Shown: positions 22,198 through 33,101, counted from the stretch's first letter. The stretch: DNA of 62,083 nucleotides from Promethearchaeota archaeon (GCA_016839585.1 JAEOTZ010000074.1:1-62083); one strand, 5' to 3'. Program-made: numbers and translations. The notes: generated by a model from the sequence alone, not told the origin.

Positions 22198-23139
22198 TCA
22201 ACCTCCGAGGGTTTTATGAATAATATTTTCTATAATGTTTTCAACTTTTACTCCAGGTTTGGGTTTAATACTTCCTAATAATACGTGTTTGGCTATGTCA
22301 GAGAGGTAAACATATACAGATTCTTTTTCTTCGGCTTTTTTTTCTTTTTCCAAGAGTCTTTTTCTACCTAACATCTTTGCTATTGCAATTCCAGCCCTTA
22401 TTGATGCTGGAACTTCAATATCAATTTTATTATGTCTTGTTTCTTTAATTATTGAATATATTAATTCTAATTCAGATTCTTCTATAATGAAATGTTCTGG
22501 TAAATTAATCCTAATAATATCTAATTCAGTAGACTTATCAGGATAAGTTAATTTAATCCAAACCTTAATTCTATCTTTTAAAGCTTCAGATAATCGATGA
22601 GTCCCTGAAAGTTCTTCAGGGTTCATAGCACATATGAAGAAGAAATCGTTATCGGCTTTAATTCGTCCAAGGTGAGGTATACTGATTGAAGCTTCTTCTA
22701 AAGGTTCTAATAAAGTATTTTGTGAATATTCAGTTGCTCTATTAATTTCATTTGCGAGAAAAGTGCCTCCTTCTAACATTGCATTAAGTAGAGGTCCAGG
22801 ATTAAATGCTTCTAATACAAAACCTTTTTTCAATGTTATAGCAGGATCAAATGATCCTATAAAATGTGATGGTTTAATGCTTTCATCCATTGTTAGCCAA
22901 TTAAAACTTTTATTTTTATTTTCTCTAGCTCTTAAACTTGCAAAATATCTACATAATATGGTTTTTCCTACACCTGGCGGTCCAACAAGCGCGGGAAATA
23001 AAGTTGTTGCCTCTGCATCTCTCAATAATTCAAGTGCTTTACCATATTGTCCTGAAAGAACGATATCTATTTGTTCTTCGGAGATATCTTTGATAAGTCG
23101 TTGATTGAATAATTCCTCGAATCTTTCTTTATTTATCAT
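22198..23139 (-). CDS. MoxR family AAA+ ATPase
   Basis: GPPGVGKT, Walker B FLANEINRA (D to N change), NP...LSEALKDR. Confidence 0.92.
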   Translation of the reverse strand: MINKERFEELFNQRLIKDISEEQIDIVLSGQYGKALELLRDAEATTLFPALVGPPGVGKTILCRYFASLRARENKNKSFNWLTMDESIKPSHFIGSFDPAITLKKGFVLEAFNPGPLLNAMLEGGTFLANEINRATEYSQNTLLEPLEEASISIPHLGRIKADNDFFFICAMNPEELSGTHRLSEALKDRIKVWIKLTYPDKSTELDIIRINLPEHFIIEESELELIYSIIKETRHNKIDIEVPASIRAGIAIAKMLGRKRLLEKEKKAEEKESVYVYLSDIAKHVLLGSIKPKPGVKVENIIENIIHKTLGG

Positions 23140-23292
23140 TTTAGATCAAATTGAATTTTGAAAACATAGATGTTTTTATTACATGAATATTAAGTGTTAG
23201 ATAATATAAAACTTTAAAGTTAAATTTAAAAAAGAAAATAACTCAATTTTGTTATTAAATCATTAATTTCCTCTTATTTTCTTAATATTTTT

Positions 23293-24000
23293 TTGATTTT
23301 AATGCATAATTTTTCTTTAAATAGACAGAATAAAAATAATAATGGATCTATAAAAAATAACAGAAAGGATAAAGTAATGATAATTAATAATCCTTATATT
23401 TCAGAATACGATGATGATATTGATTTATATTCGATAGAATGTTATGAGCGAATTAACGAATTATCAAGACAATTACGCTCATTTCTTAACTATAAAAAAG
23501 CTGTAATTCAATTTAGATTTTCAAAATTAAAAAAATCTGATATAACACTTAAGAATAATCTTATTAAGAAATGGGAGGGAAAACTTTCTTCATTAATTCC
23601 TCAATATGTATCAAAATTGAAAATAATAGGTGTAAAAGAAGGAAATGTAGCAGAAAGGATTCTTATTCTCTTAGAAAAAGTTCGGACTCAACCAAAAAGT
23701 TATGAAATAAATCTCTTAAAGGAGATAAGAAATCTTGGAAGTAAAATTTGGGAAATAATCCACGTCCTTTCGGAGTTAGATATTTATCATCAACCCCATT
23801 TGTTAAAGGTTGTAATTCAAATTGCTGATACATTATGTAGAGCTGAAAGCACCTTTTTTTCAATATTTTCGGACTTTTATAACGAATTAAAACTAAATTA
23901 CATACAATTAGAAGAAGAACTATCGGGATTACTCCAAACAAATGAGGAATATCAAATCAAACGAGAGAGAAAAAAGGAACGGGTGAAAATAAAAGAATGA
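23293..24000 (+). CDS. Hypothetical helical protein (true start probably downstream of the ORF-track start)
   Basis: Long ORF whose stop overlaps the next gene's start (ATGA). Confidence 0.6.
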   Translation: MILMHNFSLNRQNKNNNGSIKNNRKDKVMIINNPYISEYDDDIDLYSIECYERINELSRQLRSFLNYKKAVIQFRFSKLKKSDITLKNNLIKKWEGKLSSLIPQYVSKLKIIGVKEGNVAERILILLEKVRTQPKSYEINLLKEIRNLGSKIWEIIHVLSELDIYHQPHLLKVVIQIADTLCRAESTFFSIFSDFYNELKLNYIQLEEELSGLLQTNEEYQIKRERKKERVKIKE

Positions 24001-26588
24001 CCGACTCATATATACAAGTAAGCAGAAAAACTGTTAAAGAAGATCGTGTCGCTATATGCCCATATTTCGGGTGTATGCATCTTGAGAAGGTAAAACCATT
24101 AAAATTTGGTTTCATCGGAGGTCGTAAATATCCAAAATGCTCGAAACACAAGATTTACTTAGTTTTTGTAGATGAATTCATCGGAAACTTTATTCAAGCG
24201 ATTGAAGCCTGTTTAAATGATATTTCAGGCCTACCTCCAGATGATTTGATTATAGAAATTAAGAATTATGCCCCCAATAGTCTAGAAGCCTTTATCAATA
24301 GTTGGATATATTGTAATCCTGTAGGAAGAGGAGCCCAAATTGTCTCGCATTACATGGAAGGTTTATCAAGAGGCTACATAAAACTATTAAGTAGAAAACA
24401 AAGAAAAGCTATTCAGCATGGTAGTAACCAAAAAAAGCGTTATGATATATTACGATTTGGATTAAAAAAAATTGCAGATGAATATAGAATTTTTTTACAA
24501 AATCTACGTAAAGAATCTGAAGAACGACAAAAACAACAGAACTCGTACTTTTTATCAGAGAAAGTGCGATATATTATTCATACTTGGTTAAATAGCTATT
24601 TAAATACAATTCAGCTCTCAAATGAGAAAGGGAGTAAAGATAAAATACAACCTAAATCTCTTGTAAAACTCAAAGCTGAATATGATAAGATTCTCCACAT
24701 TGGAACTTGTACATTATTAATTGGTAAATCTCCAGAAATAGTAATTAAAGGAATTTCTGCGTTTGAACTTTTCTCAACATATCATGAATTTCTTAAGGCA
24801 GGATTATGCAGAAATTTAATGGGTGAAGATATACAAAGAGCAATAAGAGTTAATTCTATCAAAGAAGCTGATTTAGAGCGAAAAAGTTTAATCACTCCAG
24901 TAGAATTAGAAAGTATATCTAATTATATTAAGTTAAATATCAACTCGGAAGAGTTTTTATTGTCAGAATCTGAGATTTTAGAGGTTTTAAGTTATTATCT
25001 TGAATTAAAGCGTTCCAAGATAATGTCAAATGATTTTGATCCCGATAAATTTAAACAACAATTAGAATCATTATTGAGTGGTCCGATTGAGAGATTAAAT
25101 TTGCCTAATGAATTCTATATTAGACTTGGGGGGAAATTATATGGTCATAGGAAGATTTTTTCAATAAACCAGAAAATAGCACTATTTCTGGGGCAATCTA
25201 TAAATTATTTGAGACTATCCGAAAAAAAAATCAGTTTTTCATCCATAGAAAGTATGAGTCTAAATTTAATTGAAAAGAGGGCACTTTTTCAAGCTTCAGA
25301 TCAGAAAAATGTTGAGGATGCACTTAATTTAATGAAAAAATACTCAATATACAGACTTCAGAATGAAAGTGAAATAAGATCCTTATTTTTATCATTATCA
25401 AATCTTTTTAAAGATGTATTTAAATTGGAAACCTTTAGTGAAAGAGAGTTATCCAGACTTCTATATGGGAATCCTAATAAATTCAGTTCATTTTATGTGA
25501 CAAATCGTCAAAATGAAATCGGAGTATTATTCGAGTTAGAATATAGAATATCAAAATTAATAGAACATTTCAAGGAAGATAAAATTGAAAGTATAGTTAA
25601 TGAAACGGGATTGAAATTACTCATATCCAAGTCTAAAACATTAATTAGATTTTATTTACTCGAAAAGGGTTATATCGTATCAAAAGGATGGAGAACCTTT
25701 CATTTTCTATGGGATATGTCTTATGCTAAAGCTGATGATGTAGACTTAATTAATATGAAGGGGAAAATAAATATCATCTTTCAGTTAGAAAGATTCAATC
25801 CAATGAGATTAAGAAAAGGATCTATACTTTCAAGAAATAAAATTGTACAATTTAAAAAAATCGTTAAACAATTTAAAAACACCCAATCTAAAACCAAATT
25901 TATGGAAACCTATAAATTTTATAAGAATTGGATTGGAAATATGTATGAGACGTTAGGAAGGTCGCGATATATAGGTAGATTATCACATGATATAATTGAA
26001 AAAGTAGTAGAAAGATTTTTACTTGATAAAGATAAGCAAATCCACGTAGAATCTGAAAAAATGATTAATTATCCTCAATCAAAACATCAAATTGATAACA
26101 TATTTAACTGGGTAAGAGAATACTTTAAAGAGGATATATTAATCAAATCGAATGTGCAAAATCTCTCCCATTTTCCTGCAAAAATTAAGAAAATATGTGT
26201 AGATTATACAATAGTTACTGATCCTAATAATTTAGGTCATGCAGTTAATAAAATTTATAAAAATTATCAAAGTGATGAAAATTATTTACTTATTGTGCTT
26301 TATGGACCAATGAATGTTATTTCAATACAAGATATAAAAGATAGTATATTAGAAGCTGATAAGTGTCCGTATAAAGAACATATCAGTATCTTAGCCATCC
26401 AAGAGTTTATCAATTTTATTAGATTAAAAAATAATGCATTAGTTCACTTAAATAATCTTCAGCAACGAGTAGAAGAGGCAATAAAATCCTATGATTATTT
26501 AAAGAAATTTGAGAATTTTTATGATAATTTTGATTATGATAATAAAGCGAAATTATTGCAACCAAAAGTTACTGATTTCTCAAAATGA
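23997..26588 (+). CDS. Zn-finger protein with putative C-terminal PD-(D/E)XK-like nuclease domain and PIP-box-like tail
   Basis: CPYFGC...CSKH at the N-terminus; GRLSH..IE...E...QIDN...VDYT in the C-terminal part; ends QPKVTDFSK. Confidence 0.55.
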   Translation: MTDSYIQVSRKTVKEDRVAICPYFGCMHLEKVKPLKFGFIGGRKYPKCSKHKIYLVFVDEFIGNFIQAIEACLNDISGLPPDDLIIEIKNYAPNSLEAFINSWIYCNPVGRGAQIVSHYMEGLSRGYIKLLSRKQRKAIQHGSNQKKRYDILRFGLKKIADEYRIFLQNLRKESEERQKQQNSYFLSEKVRYIIHTWLNSYLNTIQLSNEKGSKDKIQPKSLVKLKAEYDKILHIGTCTLLIGKSPEIVIKGISAFELFSTYHEFLKAGLCRNLMGEDIQRAIRVNSIKEADLERKSLITPVELESISNYIKLNINSEEFLLSESEILEVLSYYLELKRSKIMSNDFDPDKFKQQLESLLSGPIERLNLPNEFYIRLGGKLYGHRKIFSINQKIALFLGQSINYLRLSEKKISFSSIESMSLNLIEKRALFQASDQKNVEDALNLMKKYSIYRLQNESEIRSLFLSLSNLFKDVFKLETFSERELSRLLYGNPNKFSSFYVTNRQNEIGVLFELEYRISKLIEHFKEDKIESIVNETGLKLLISKSKTLIRFYLLEKGYIVSKGWRTFHFLWDMSYAKADDVDLINMKGKINIIFQLERFNPMRLRKGSILSRNKIVQFKKIVKQFKNTQSKTKFMETYKFYKNWIGNMYETLGRSRYIGRLSHDIIEKVVERFLLDKDKQIHVESEKMINYPQSKHQIDNIFNWVREYFKEDILIKSNVQNLSHFPAKIKKICVDYTIVTDPNNLGHAVNKIYKNYQSDENYLLIVLYGPMNVISIQDIKDSILEADKCPYKEHISILAIQEFINFIRLKNNALVHLNNLQQRVEEAIKSYDYLKKFENFYDNFDYDNKAKLLQPKVTDFSK

Positions 26589-26923
26589 ACATCTTTAAAC
26601 AACGAATATAACAGACTATCAATACTTAGGCATTCACTAAATGTTTTTGTCGGATCAACACCCAAAGTCAAGGAATTATTAATCTTAGGAGATATTTTTA
26701 TATATTTTGACGTTTATACATTAGATAAGGATTCAAAAATTAAATAAATCATTTTTTAATAAAAAACTGGGAAACTCCTATGTTTTTAAAATATAAAGTG
26801 AATTGTATTGGTTAAAGGAAGAAAAAATTATTTCAAAACAATTAATAATGATTGGTACAATATTTCTAATCATAAAATAACTATGCAAATAACTACATCA
26901 AAGATGAAAAACAAGAAGAAATC

Positions 26924-27760
26924 ATGATAGAGCCTTATTTTAAAGACAGAGATTTCACTTTATATCTTGGAGATACTTTGGAAATCCTCAATCAATTTGA
27001 TGATACAAAATTTGATTTAATATTTGTTGATCCTCCCTATTTCTTGTCGAGTGGAGGGATTACGTGTTCATCAGGTAAGATGGTGTCAGTTAATAAAGGT
27101 GAATGGGATAAATCTAAGGGTTTCGATGAAGATATTATGTTTATTGATTCTTGGTTAAAAGCATGTAAGAAGGTATTAAGGGAAAATGGATCTATTTGGA
27201 TTTCAGGAACTTTGCATGTTATCTATAAAGTTGGATATTTGCTAGAAAAAAATAGTTATGATATTATTAATGATATAATTTGGTTTAAACCCAATGCCCC
27301 ACCGAATTTATCATGTAAATATTTTACTCATAGCCATGAAATAGTTTTATGGGCTCGTAAATCTAAAAAATCATCTCATACTTTCAACTATAAAAAAATG
27401 AAAATATGGAATAACCCAAAAGATAAATTAAAAAATAAAGATAAACAAATGAGAAGCGTTTGGTCAATTCCATTGATTCCTAAGGAAGAGAAAGAATTTG
27501 GTAAACACCCTACCCAGAAACCATTAGAATTACTAAATAGAATAATTTCATCTTCTTCAAATAAAGGGGATTGGGTTTTAGATCCATTTGTGGGGTCTGG
27601 AACTACAGGAGTTGTGAGCAGCGTTTTAAATCGTAAATTTATTGGAATTGATGCAAATAAAGAATATCTGGATGTAGCCATTAAAAGATTTAAAGATAAA
27701 AGAAAAAAAGAACTCTTATTTTCTTCTGAAAAAAAAAATCATTTAATGAAATTTATTTAA
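26924..27760 (+). CDS. Beta-class DNA adenine methyltransferase, DpnA/M2.MboI-like (probably GATC)
   Basis: DPPYFLSSGGITCSSGKMVSVNKGEWD, HPTQKP, DPFVGSGTT; motif IV precedes motif I. Confidence 0.9.
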   Translation: MIEPYFKDRDFTLYLGDTLEILNQFDDTKFDLIFVDPPYFLSSGGITCSSGKMVSVNKGEWDKSKGFDEDIMFIDSWLKACKKVLRENGSIWISGTLHVIYKVGYLLEKNSYDIINDIIWFKPNAPPNLSCKYFTHSHEIVLWARKSKKSSHTFNYKKMKIWNNPKDKLKNKDKQMRSVWSIPLIPKEEKEFGKHPTQKPLELLNRIISSSSNKGDWVLDPFVGSGTTGVVSSVLNRKFIGIDANKEYLDVAIKRFKDKRKKELLFSSEKKNHLMKFI

Positions 27761-27878
27761 ATCTTTTAAATTCCAGAAATTCTGTGATAGAATATAATAA
27801 AAACGTTTATTAAATAAAGCAATTATATTTTTAATTAAACTTATTATACTGAATGATTGATAAAAATTGGGGATGTGA

Positions 27879-30251
27879 ATGCAATTAGAACAAAGTTCTT
27901 ATTATAATGAACGGATTTTACGAATGAAAGACAAAATGGTAATGCAACCACATGAAATTTGTATAGAAAGAGCTAAATTATTTACTGAATCTTATAAAAA
28001 AACTAAAGGAGATCCTTCAGCTATTCGATTTGCGAAAGCTATGGACTATTTATTATCAAATATGACAATTAAAATTTGGGAAGATGAGTTTATAATTGGA
28101 AATCGATGCACTAAATTTGTGGGAACTCCATTATACCCTGAGGTTCGAGTGGATACAATTGAATTAGATTTAGAACTATATAGTACACGTGATGTTCAGA
28201 GATTCTTATTATCTGAAGGAGATAAGGAAATTTTAAAGAATGAAATTATCCCATACTGGAAGTCCGAGGAAACCACAGTAAAATCGAGATTTGATTCCTA
28301 TTTAAGTCCTAAATTATATGATTTGATGTTAATGATGCTTTATATTGTAGATGTAAACATCACAAATGGAATGGGACATTTTTTTCCTGGACATGAAAAC
28401 GTGTTAAAAGAAGGATTTGAGGGCTTGATTCAGAAAGCAAAAACTAATTTGAATGATGTTGCTAATAATAAAGAAGAAGTTAATTTCTTAAATTCTGTTA
28501 TCATCGTTTTAAATGGAGCTAAAAAATTAATAAATAGATTTTCTGTTTTAGCAAAAGAAATGGCAGAAAATGAGCGAAATCCTAATCGAAAAAAGGAACT
28601 CAATGAAATTTCCTTAATTTGTTCTAATATTGCAGTTAATGCTCCAAAAACATTTAAAGAAGCACTCCAATTAATTTATTTCACCCACATTATAGCTGGT
28701 TTAGAAGATGGAGGATTTGCTATAAGTGTTGGAAGGCTAGATCAAACCTTATATCCATATTATATTAATGATAAAAAAACTGGCAAGATTACAGATGAAG
28801 AAGTACAATTTCTTGTTGAATGTTTTTACATCAAACTTTCGACTTTATGGAATTATGTTCTTCATAAAGGAATTATCGCTGGAGAGGGTCCTCCAATAGC
28901 AGAAAATTTAACCATAGGAGGAATTGATAAATTGGGTATTGATGCGACAAATGAATTATCTTATCTATTACTTGATTCATATGATCATTTAAAAACTATC
29001 CAACCAGCTTTTTCTATTCGAGTTCATGAAAAGACCCCAGATAAATTATTAATAAGAGCTGGAGAAGCAATCAAATCTGGAACTAGTATGGCCTTATTTA
29101 ATGATATAGTTATGATTCCAGGGTTACATCAACTGGGATATTCTCTTGAAGATGCTCAAGAATATGCTCCCATAGGATGTGTAGAGCCTGCACATCCATA
29201 TAAATCCTTTGGGTGTACTAATGCAAGTCAATTAAATATAGTAAAAGTTTTAGAATTAACGCTCAATAATGGAACTGATATGTTTACAAAAAAGAATTAT
29301 GGGGTTGAAAATACGAAGAAAATCAATTCATATGAAGATTTATGGGACAATTTTGCAAATCAACTTAGATTTTTTATGGACTCTATGGTTGAAACAATGA
29401 ATTCTCTTGAGAGAGCAATCGCTGAACTTAATCCCCAACCCTTTCTATCAGCTACTACAGACGATTGTTTGGATCGAGGTCTTGATATAACAAGTGGAGG
29501 AGCAATTTATGATTTCACAACAACTCAACTAATTGGTTTAGCAACAGTTGCAGATAGTTTAGCAGTTATTAAAAAAATTGTATTTGAAGATGAACTTCTA
29601 TCATTTGAAGAATTAATTCAAATGCTATTAAAAAACTATAGAGGCATTTATAGAGGAAAAAAAGGGGAAGAATGGAGACAAATTTTTATTAATAAGGTCC
29701 CTAAGTTTGGAAATGATAATGATTATATTGATTCAATTGCTTATGATGTTGCAAAATTATTTTGTGATGAGCTATTGAATTATAAGAATTTTCGTGGAGG
29801 CAATTATAATCCTGGAATTTACTCTACATCTTTTCACCTAGCATTAGGTGTGTTTACAGCAGCTTCTGCAGATGGTCGGAAATCAAGGGACCATTTATCG
29901 AATGGGGTTGGTCCTACGAATGGAATGGATAAAAATGGTCCTACAGCAATTCTTAATTCTATTATGAAACTAGAAAATGAGTTAATGACTAATGGAAATT
30001 CAACGATTTTATCTTTTCATCCTAAAACAATGAAACCCCAGATATTTCTTTCAGTCATACGCACATTTTTTCAACTTAATGGCGGATATCATATTCAATT
30101 TAACGTAATTGGTAAAGATACTCTATGTGATGCACAAAAAAATCCTGAAAAATACCCTGGCTTAGTTGTAAGAATTGCAGGTTATCCTGTCCTTTTCAAT
30201 GAATTATCTCAAACCGCCCAAGATGATATAATTGCTCGAACTGAGTATTAA
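27879..30251 (+). CDS. Glycyl radical enzyme (PFL2/dehydratase-type)
   Basis: GRLDQ, active-site IGCVEP, glycyl-radical loop VRIAGY. Confidence 0.93.
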   Translation: MQLEQSSYYNERILRMKDKMVMQPHEICIERAKLFTESYKKTKGDPSAIRFAKAMDYLLSNMTIKIWEDEFIIGNRCTKFVGTPLYPEVRVDTIELDLELYSTRDVQRFLLSEGDKEILKNEIIPYWKSEETTVKSRFDSYLSPKLYDLMLMMLYIVDVNITNGMGHFFPGHENVLKEGFEGLIQKAKTNLNDVANNKEEVNFLNSVIIVLNGAKKLINRFSVLAKEMAENERNPNRKKELNEISLICSNIAVNAPKTFKEALQLIYFTHIIAGLEDGGFAISVGRLDQTLYPYYINDKKTGKITDEEVQFLVECFYIKLSTLWNYVLHKGIIAGEGPPIAENLTIGGIDKLGIDATNELSYLLLDSYDHLKTIQPAFSIRVHEKTPDKLLIRAGEAIKSGTSMALFNDIVMIPGLHQLGYSLEDAQEYAPIGCVEPAHPYKSFGCTNASQLNIVKVLELTLNNGTDMFTKKNYGVENTKKINSYEDLWDNFANQLRFFMDSMVETMNSLERAIAELNPQPFLSATTDDCLDRGLDITSGGAIYDFTTTQLIGLATVADSLAVIKKIVFEDELLSFEELIQMLLKNYRGIYRGKKGEEWRQIFINKVPKFGNDNDYIDSIAYDVAKLFCDELLNYKNFRGGNYNPGIYSTSFHLALGVFTAASADGRKSRDHLSNGVGPTNGMDKNGPTAILNSIMKLENELMTNGNSTILSFHPKTMKPQIFLSVIRTFFQLNGGYHIQFNVIGKDTLCDAQKNPEKYPGLVVRIAGYPVLFNELSQTAQDDIIARTEY

Positions 30252-30338
30252 TCTCATTTTCATTTAATATTTAAGAAAAATAATAAAAAATTTTAGTTAT
30301 TCTGATTTTTAAAATATAAAAATAGAATAATTATCATT

Positions 30339-30440
30339 GGGCCTGTAGATCAGTGGAAGATCGCTTGATATAAATTCATAATGAATGAATTTACATGTAT
30401 CGCATTCAAGAGGTCGCGGGTTCAATTCCCGCCGGGTCCA
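30339..30440 (+). tRNA. tRNA-Ala(CGC) with a 30-nt intron (30370-30399) at position 32/33
   Basis: Acceptor stem GGGCCTG/CGGGTCC with G3:U70; D arm GATC/GATC; anticodon stem CTTGA/TCAAG with loop TT-CGC-AT after splicing; T arm GCGGG-TTCAATT-CCCGC; BHB motif at the junctions. Confidence 0.92.
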
Positions 30441-30473
30441 TTCTATTGAATGACTATCTAAAAAGGCTTAATA

Positions 30474-33074
30474 ATGGAAAAAGAAAGCAATTATCCAAAA
30501 AGATTTAAATTTAAAGAAGTTCAAGAAAAATGGATGAAATTTTGGGAAGAAAATAAAATATACGCTTTTGATAAAGCTCGAAATGATGAGATTTTTACTA
30601 TTGATACACCACCTCCATTTGTTAGTGGAGTCTTACATATTGGGCAATACCTCAATTATGCTTGGATCGATTTCGTTGCACGTTATCATAGAATGAAGGG
30701 CGATAATGTGTATTTTCCACAAGGTTGGGATTGCCACGGGCTTCCTGTTGAACTTGCAGTTCAGAAAAACTACGGAATCTCAAAAGATGATAGAGAAAGC
30801 TTCTTAGAGAAATGTAAAGAGTGGGTAGAAAATAATATTGAAAATATGACAAGACAATTAGATGAATTAGGATATTCTACCGATTGGAAATATGTTTATA
30901 GGACTATGAATAATGATTATAAACGAAAAGTTCAACTTTCTCTTTTAGATTTCTATGAAAAAGGTTTACTTTACCGAGAAAAATTCCCAATTCATTTTTG
31001 TGTTAATTGTGAAACATCCGTTGCTAAAGCAGAAGTGGGTTATAAGGAAGAAAAAGGAAAATTATGGTATATAAAATTGTCAATTGTAGGTAGAGAAAAT
31101 GAATTTGTTACTATAGCAACAACACGCCCTGAATATATGGAGGCATGTGTTGCTGTAATGGTTAATCCTAATGATGAACGGTATTATGATCTTTCTGCTG
31201 CTGAAATAGAAATTCCCTTTACGAATCGTACTGTAAGAGTTTATATGGATAATACAGTTGATATGAATTTTGGTACTGGTGTAGTTTATGTTTGTACTTA
31301 TGGAGATGAGATGGATATTAAATGGAAAATTGAATATGATCTAGATGAGATAACAATTTTTACTGAAGATGGTCATATGAATAAAAATTCTAAATATCAA
31401 GGCTTAAATATTATGGAAGCTCGAGAACAAATAGTTAAGGATCTTGATAAAGAAGGGTTAATAGAAAAAATTGAAGATTATGAACATAATTTAATAATTC
31501 ATTCGGAACGTCCGTCTTGTAGAAAACCTATAGAATATCTACCAGTATATCAGTGGTTTATAAATGTTAAAGACTTTAGGGATGAAATTATCGAATCTGG
31601 AGAATTAATGAAATGGTATCCTGAAAAACAAAAACAAAGATTAATAGATTGGGCAGAAGGTTTAGATTGGAATTGGGTGATTTCACGTCAGCGTGTGTTT
31701 GGTACTTCTATCCCATTTTGGTATTGCAAAGATTGTGATGAAATTATACCACCAATAAGGGAGGATTTACCATTAGATCCTGTGAAAGTTTTACCCCCAG
31801 TTAAAGAATGTCCTAAATGTAAAAGTAAAAATATTATTGGTGAAAAAGATATTTGTGATTGCTGGGTTGACTCTAGCATTACTCCATTAGAAATATCAAA
31901 TTGGAAGGAAGATGACGATTTTTTTAAGAGGGCTTATATGGATGCTAAAGTTCATCGTCCTCAAGGATATGAGATTATACGTACTTGGTTGTTTTACACT
32001 TTGTTTCGCTGTAAAGTTTTAACTGGAAAAGCTCCTTTTTATGAAGCAATGATTAATGGAATGGTTGCCGGTCCAGATGGAAGACATATGTCAAAAAGTC
32101 TTGGAAATTACATTGCGCCAGAGGAGGTTATGCCAGAATTTGGTACTGATGCAATTCGATATTGGACAGCAATGGGTTCTTTGGGTGATGATTATCCTTT
32201 TGAATTTACTTGGATAGATCTTCAAACAAAACAACCTATGTCAAATGAATTTATTTTAGCAGAAAGACAAAAGCTTCTAGAAAGTAAATTTAATAAGAAA
32301 TATCGGAGAAGATTTGAACAATTAATTGGTGCTTCAAGATTTTTAACTAAAATCTGGAATGCGTATAGATTTTTGTATTTAAATTTAAATAAGATAAAAA
32401 TCACAGATATTGAAATTAATACTAAGGATTTATCGGCGATTGACACCTATTTCTTTTCAGAGTTTAACAAAAATTTAGATTTGATTACGAATTATTTCGA
32501 TGGATATAATTGGCATGGGGCCACGATGATTTTACGTACTTTTTTTTGGAATGAAATTTGCGATAATTATATTGAAGCAATAAAGCATAAATTTTATTCT
32601 GAAGACAAACAAACAAGAGAAATTTCTCTAAAGAATGCCTTAAACCTTTTTTACAGATTACTAAACATTTCTTCTGTTATAATGCCATTTATTTCAGAAG
32701 AAATATATTCAATTCTTTTTAAAAAATACACAAATCTAAAATCAATTCACTCAGAAAATTGGCCAAAACCATACGAAAATATTTCAGAAGAATTAGCTGG
32801 GAGAGGCAAATTAGGTATTGAAATAATGAAGTTTCTAAGAATGAAGAAATCAAAACTTCAAATACCGTTAAATCAAGAAATTTCGAAAGTATTCATTTTA
32901 ACTGAAGAAAATCAGATGAGAGCCCTTAAAAACTTAAAAGAAGATATTAAAAATACAATTAGAATAGATGAATTAAAGATAATCGATAAATCATTGGAAA
33001 ATTCTATTAAAGAAAAACCAGATCTAAAACAAGAAGTTAAAGAGTTAAACATTTCGGTTTATATTTTTAAATAA
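30474..33074 (+). CDS. valS: Valine--tRNA ligase
   Basis: IDTPPP, HIGQ (HIGH), GWDCHGLP, ATTRPE, WVISRQR, HMSKS (KMSKS). Confidence 0.93.
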   Translation: MEKESNYPKRFKFKEVQEKWMKFWEENKIYAFDKARNDEIFTIDTPPPFVSGVLHIGQYLNYAWIDFVARYHRMKGDNVYFPQGWDCHGLPVELAVQKNYGISKDDRESFLEKCKEWVENNIENMTRQLDELGYSTDWKYVYRTMNNDYKRKVQLSLLDFYEKGLLYREKFPIHFCVNCETSVAKAEVGYKEEKGKLWYIKLSIVGRENEFVTIATTRPEYMEACVAVMVNPNDERYYDLSAAEIEIPFTNRTVRVYMDNTVDMNFGTGVVYVCTYGDEMDIKWKIEYDLDEITIFTEDGHMNKNSKYQGLNIMEAREQIVKDLDKEGLIEKIEDYEHNLIIHSERPSCRKPIEYLPVYQWFINVKDFRDEIIESGELMKWYPEKQKQRLIDWAEGLDWNWVISRQRVFGTSIPFWYCKDCDEIIPPIREDLPLDPVKVLPPVKECPKCKSKNIIGEKDICDCWVDSSITPLEISNWKEDDDFFKRAYMDAKVHRPQGYEIIRTWLFYTLFRCKVLTGKAPFYEAMINGMVAGPDGRHMSKSLGNYIAPEEVMPEFGTDAIRYWTAMGSLGDDYPFEFTWIDLQTKQPMSNEFILAERQKLLESKFNKKYRRRFEQLIGASRFLTKIWNAYRFLYLNLNKIKITDIEINTKDLSAIDTYFFSEFNKNLDLITNYFDGYNWHGATMILRTFFWNEICDNYIEAIKHKFYSEDKQTREISLKNALNLFYRLLNISSVIMPFISEEIYSILFKKYTNLKSIHSENWPKPYENISEELAGRGKLGIEIMKFLRMKKSKLQIPLNQEISKVFILTEENQMRALKNLKEDIKNTIRIDELKIIDKSLENSIKEKPDLKQEVKELNISVYIFK

Positions 33075-33101
33075 AATAAATTTGTCCATATCAAATTTTT
33101 A

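Noticed and set aside
26589-26750. Start-less ~50-codon frame containing LLILGDIF (metallophosphoesterase-like)
   Set aside because: Too short and unsupported to call a pseudogene
30339-30440. tRNA as the integration site of an island
   Set aside because: No duplicated tRNA 3' end noticed elsewhere in the window, and valS follows immediately
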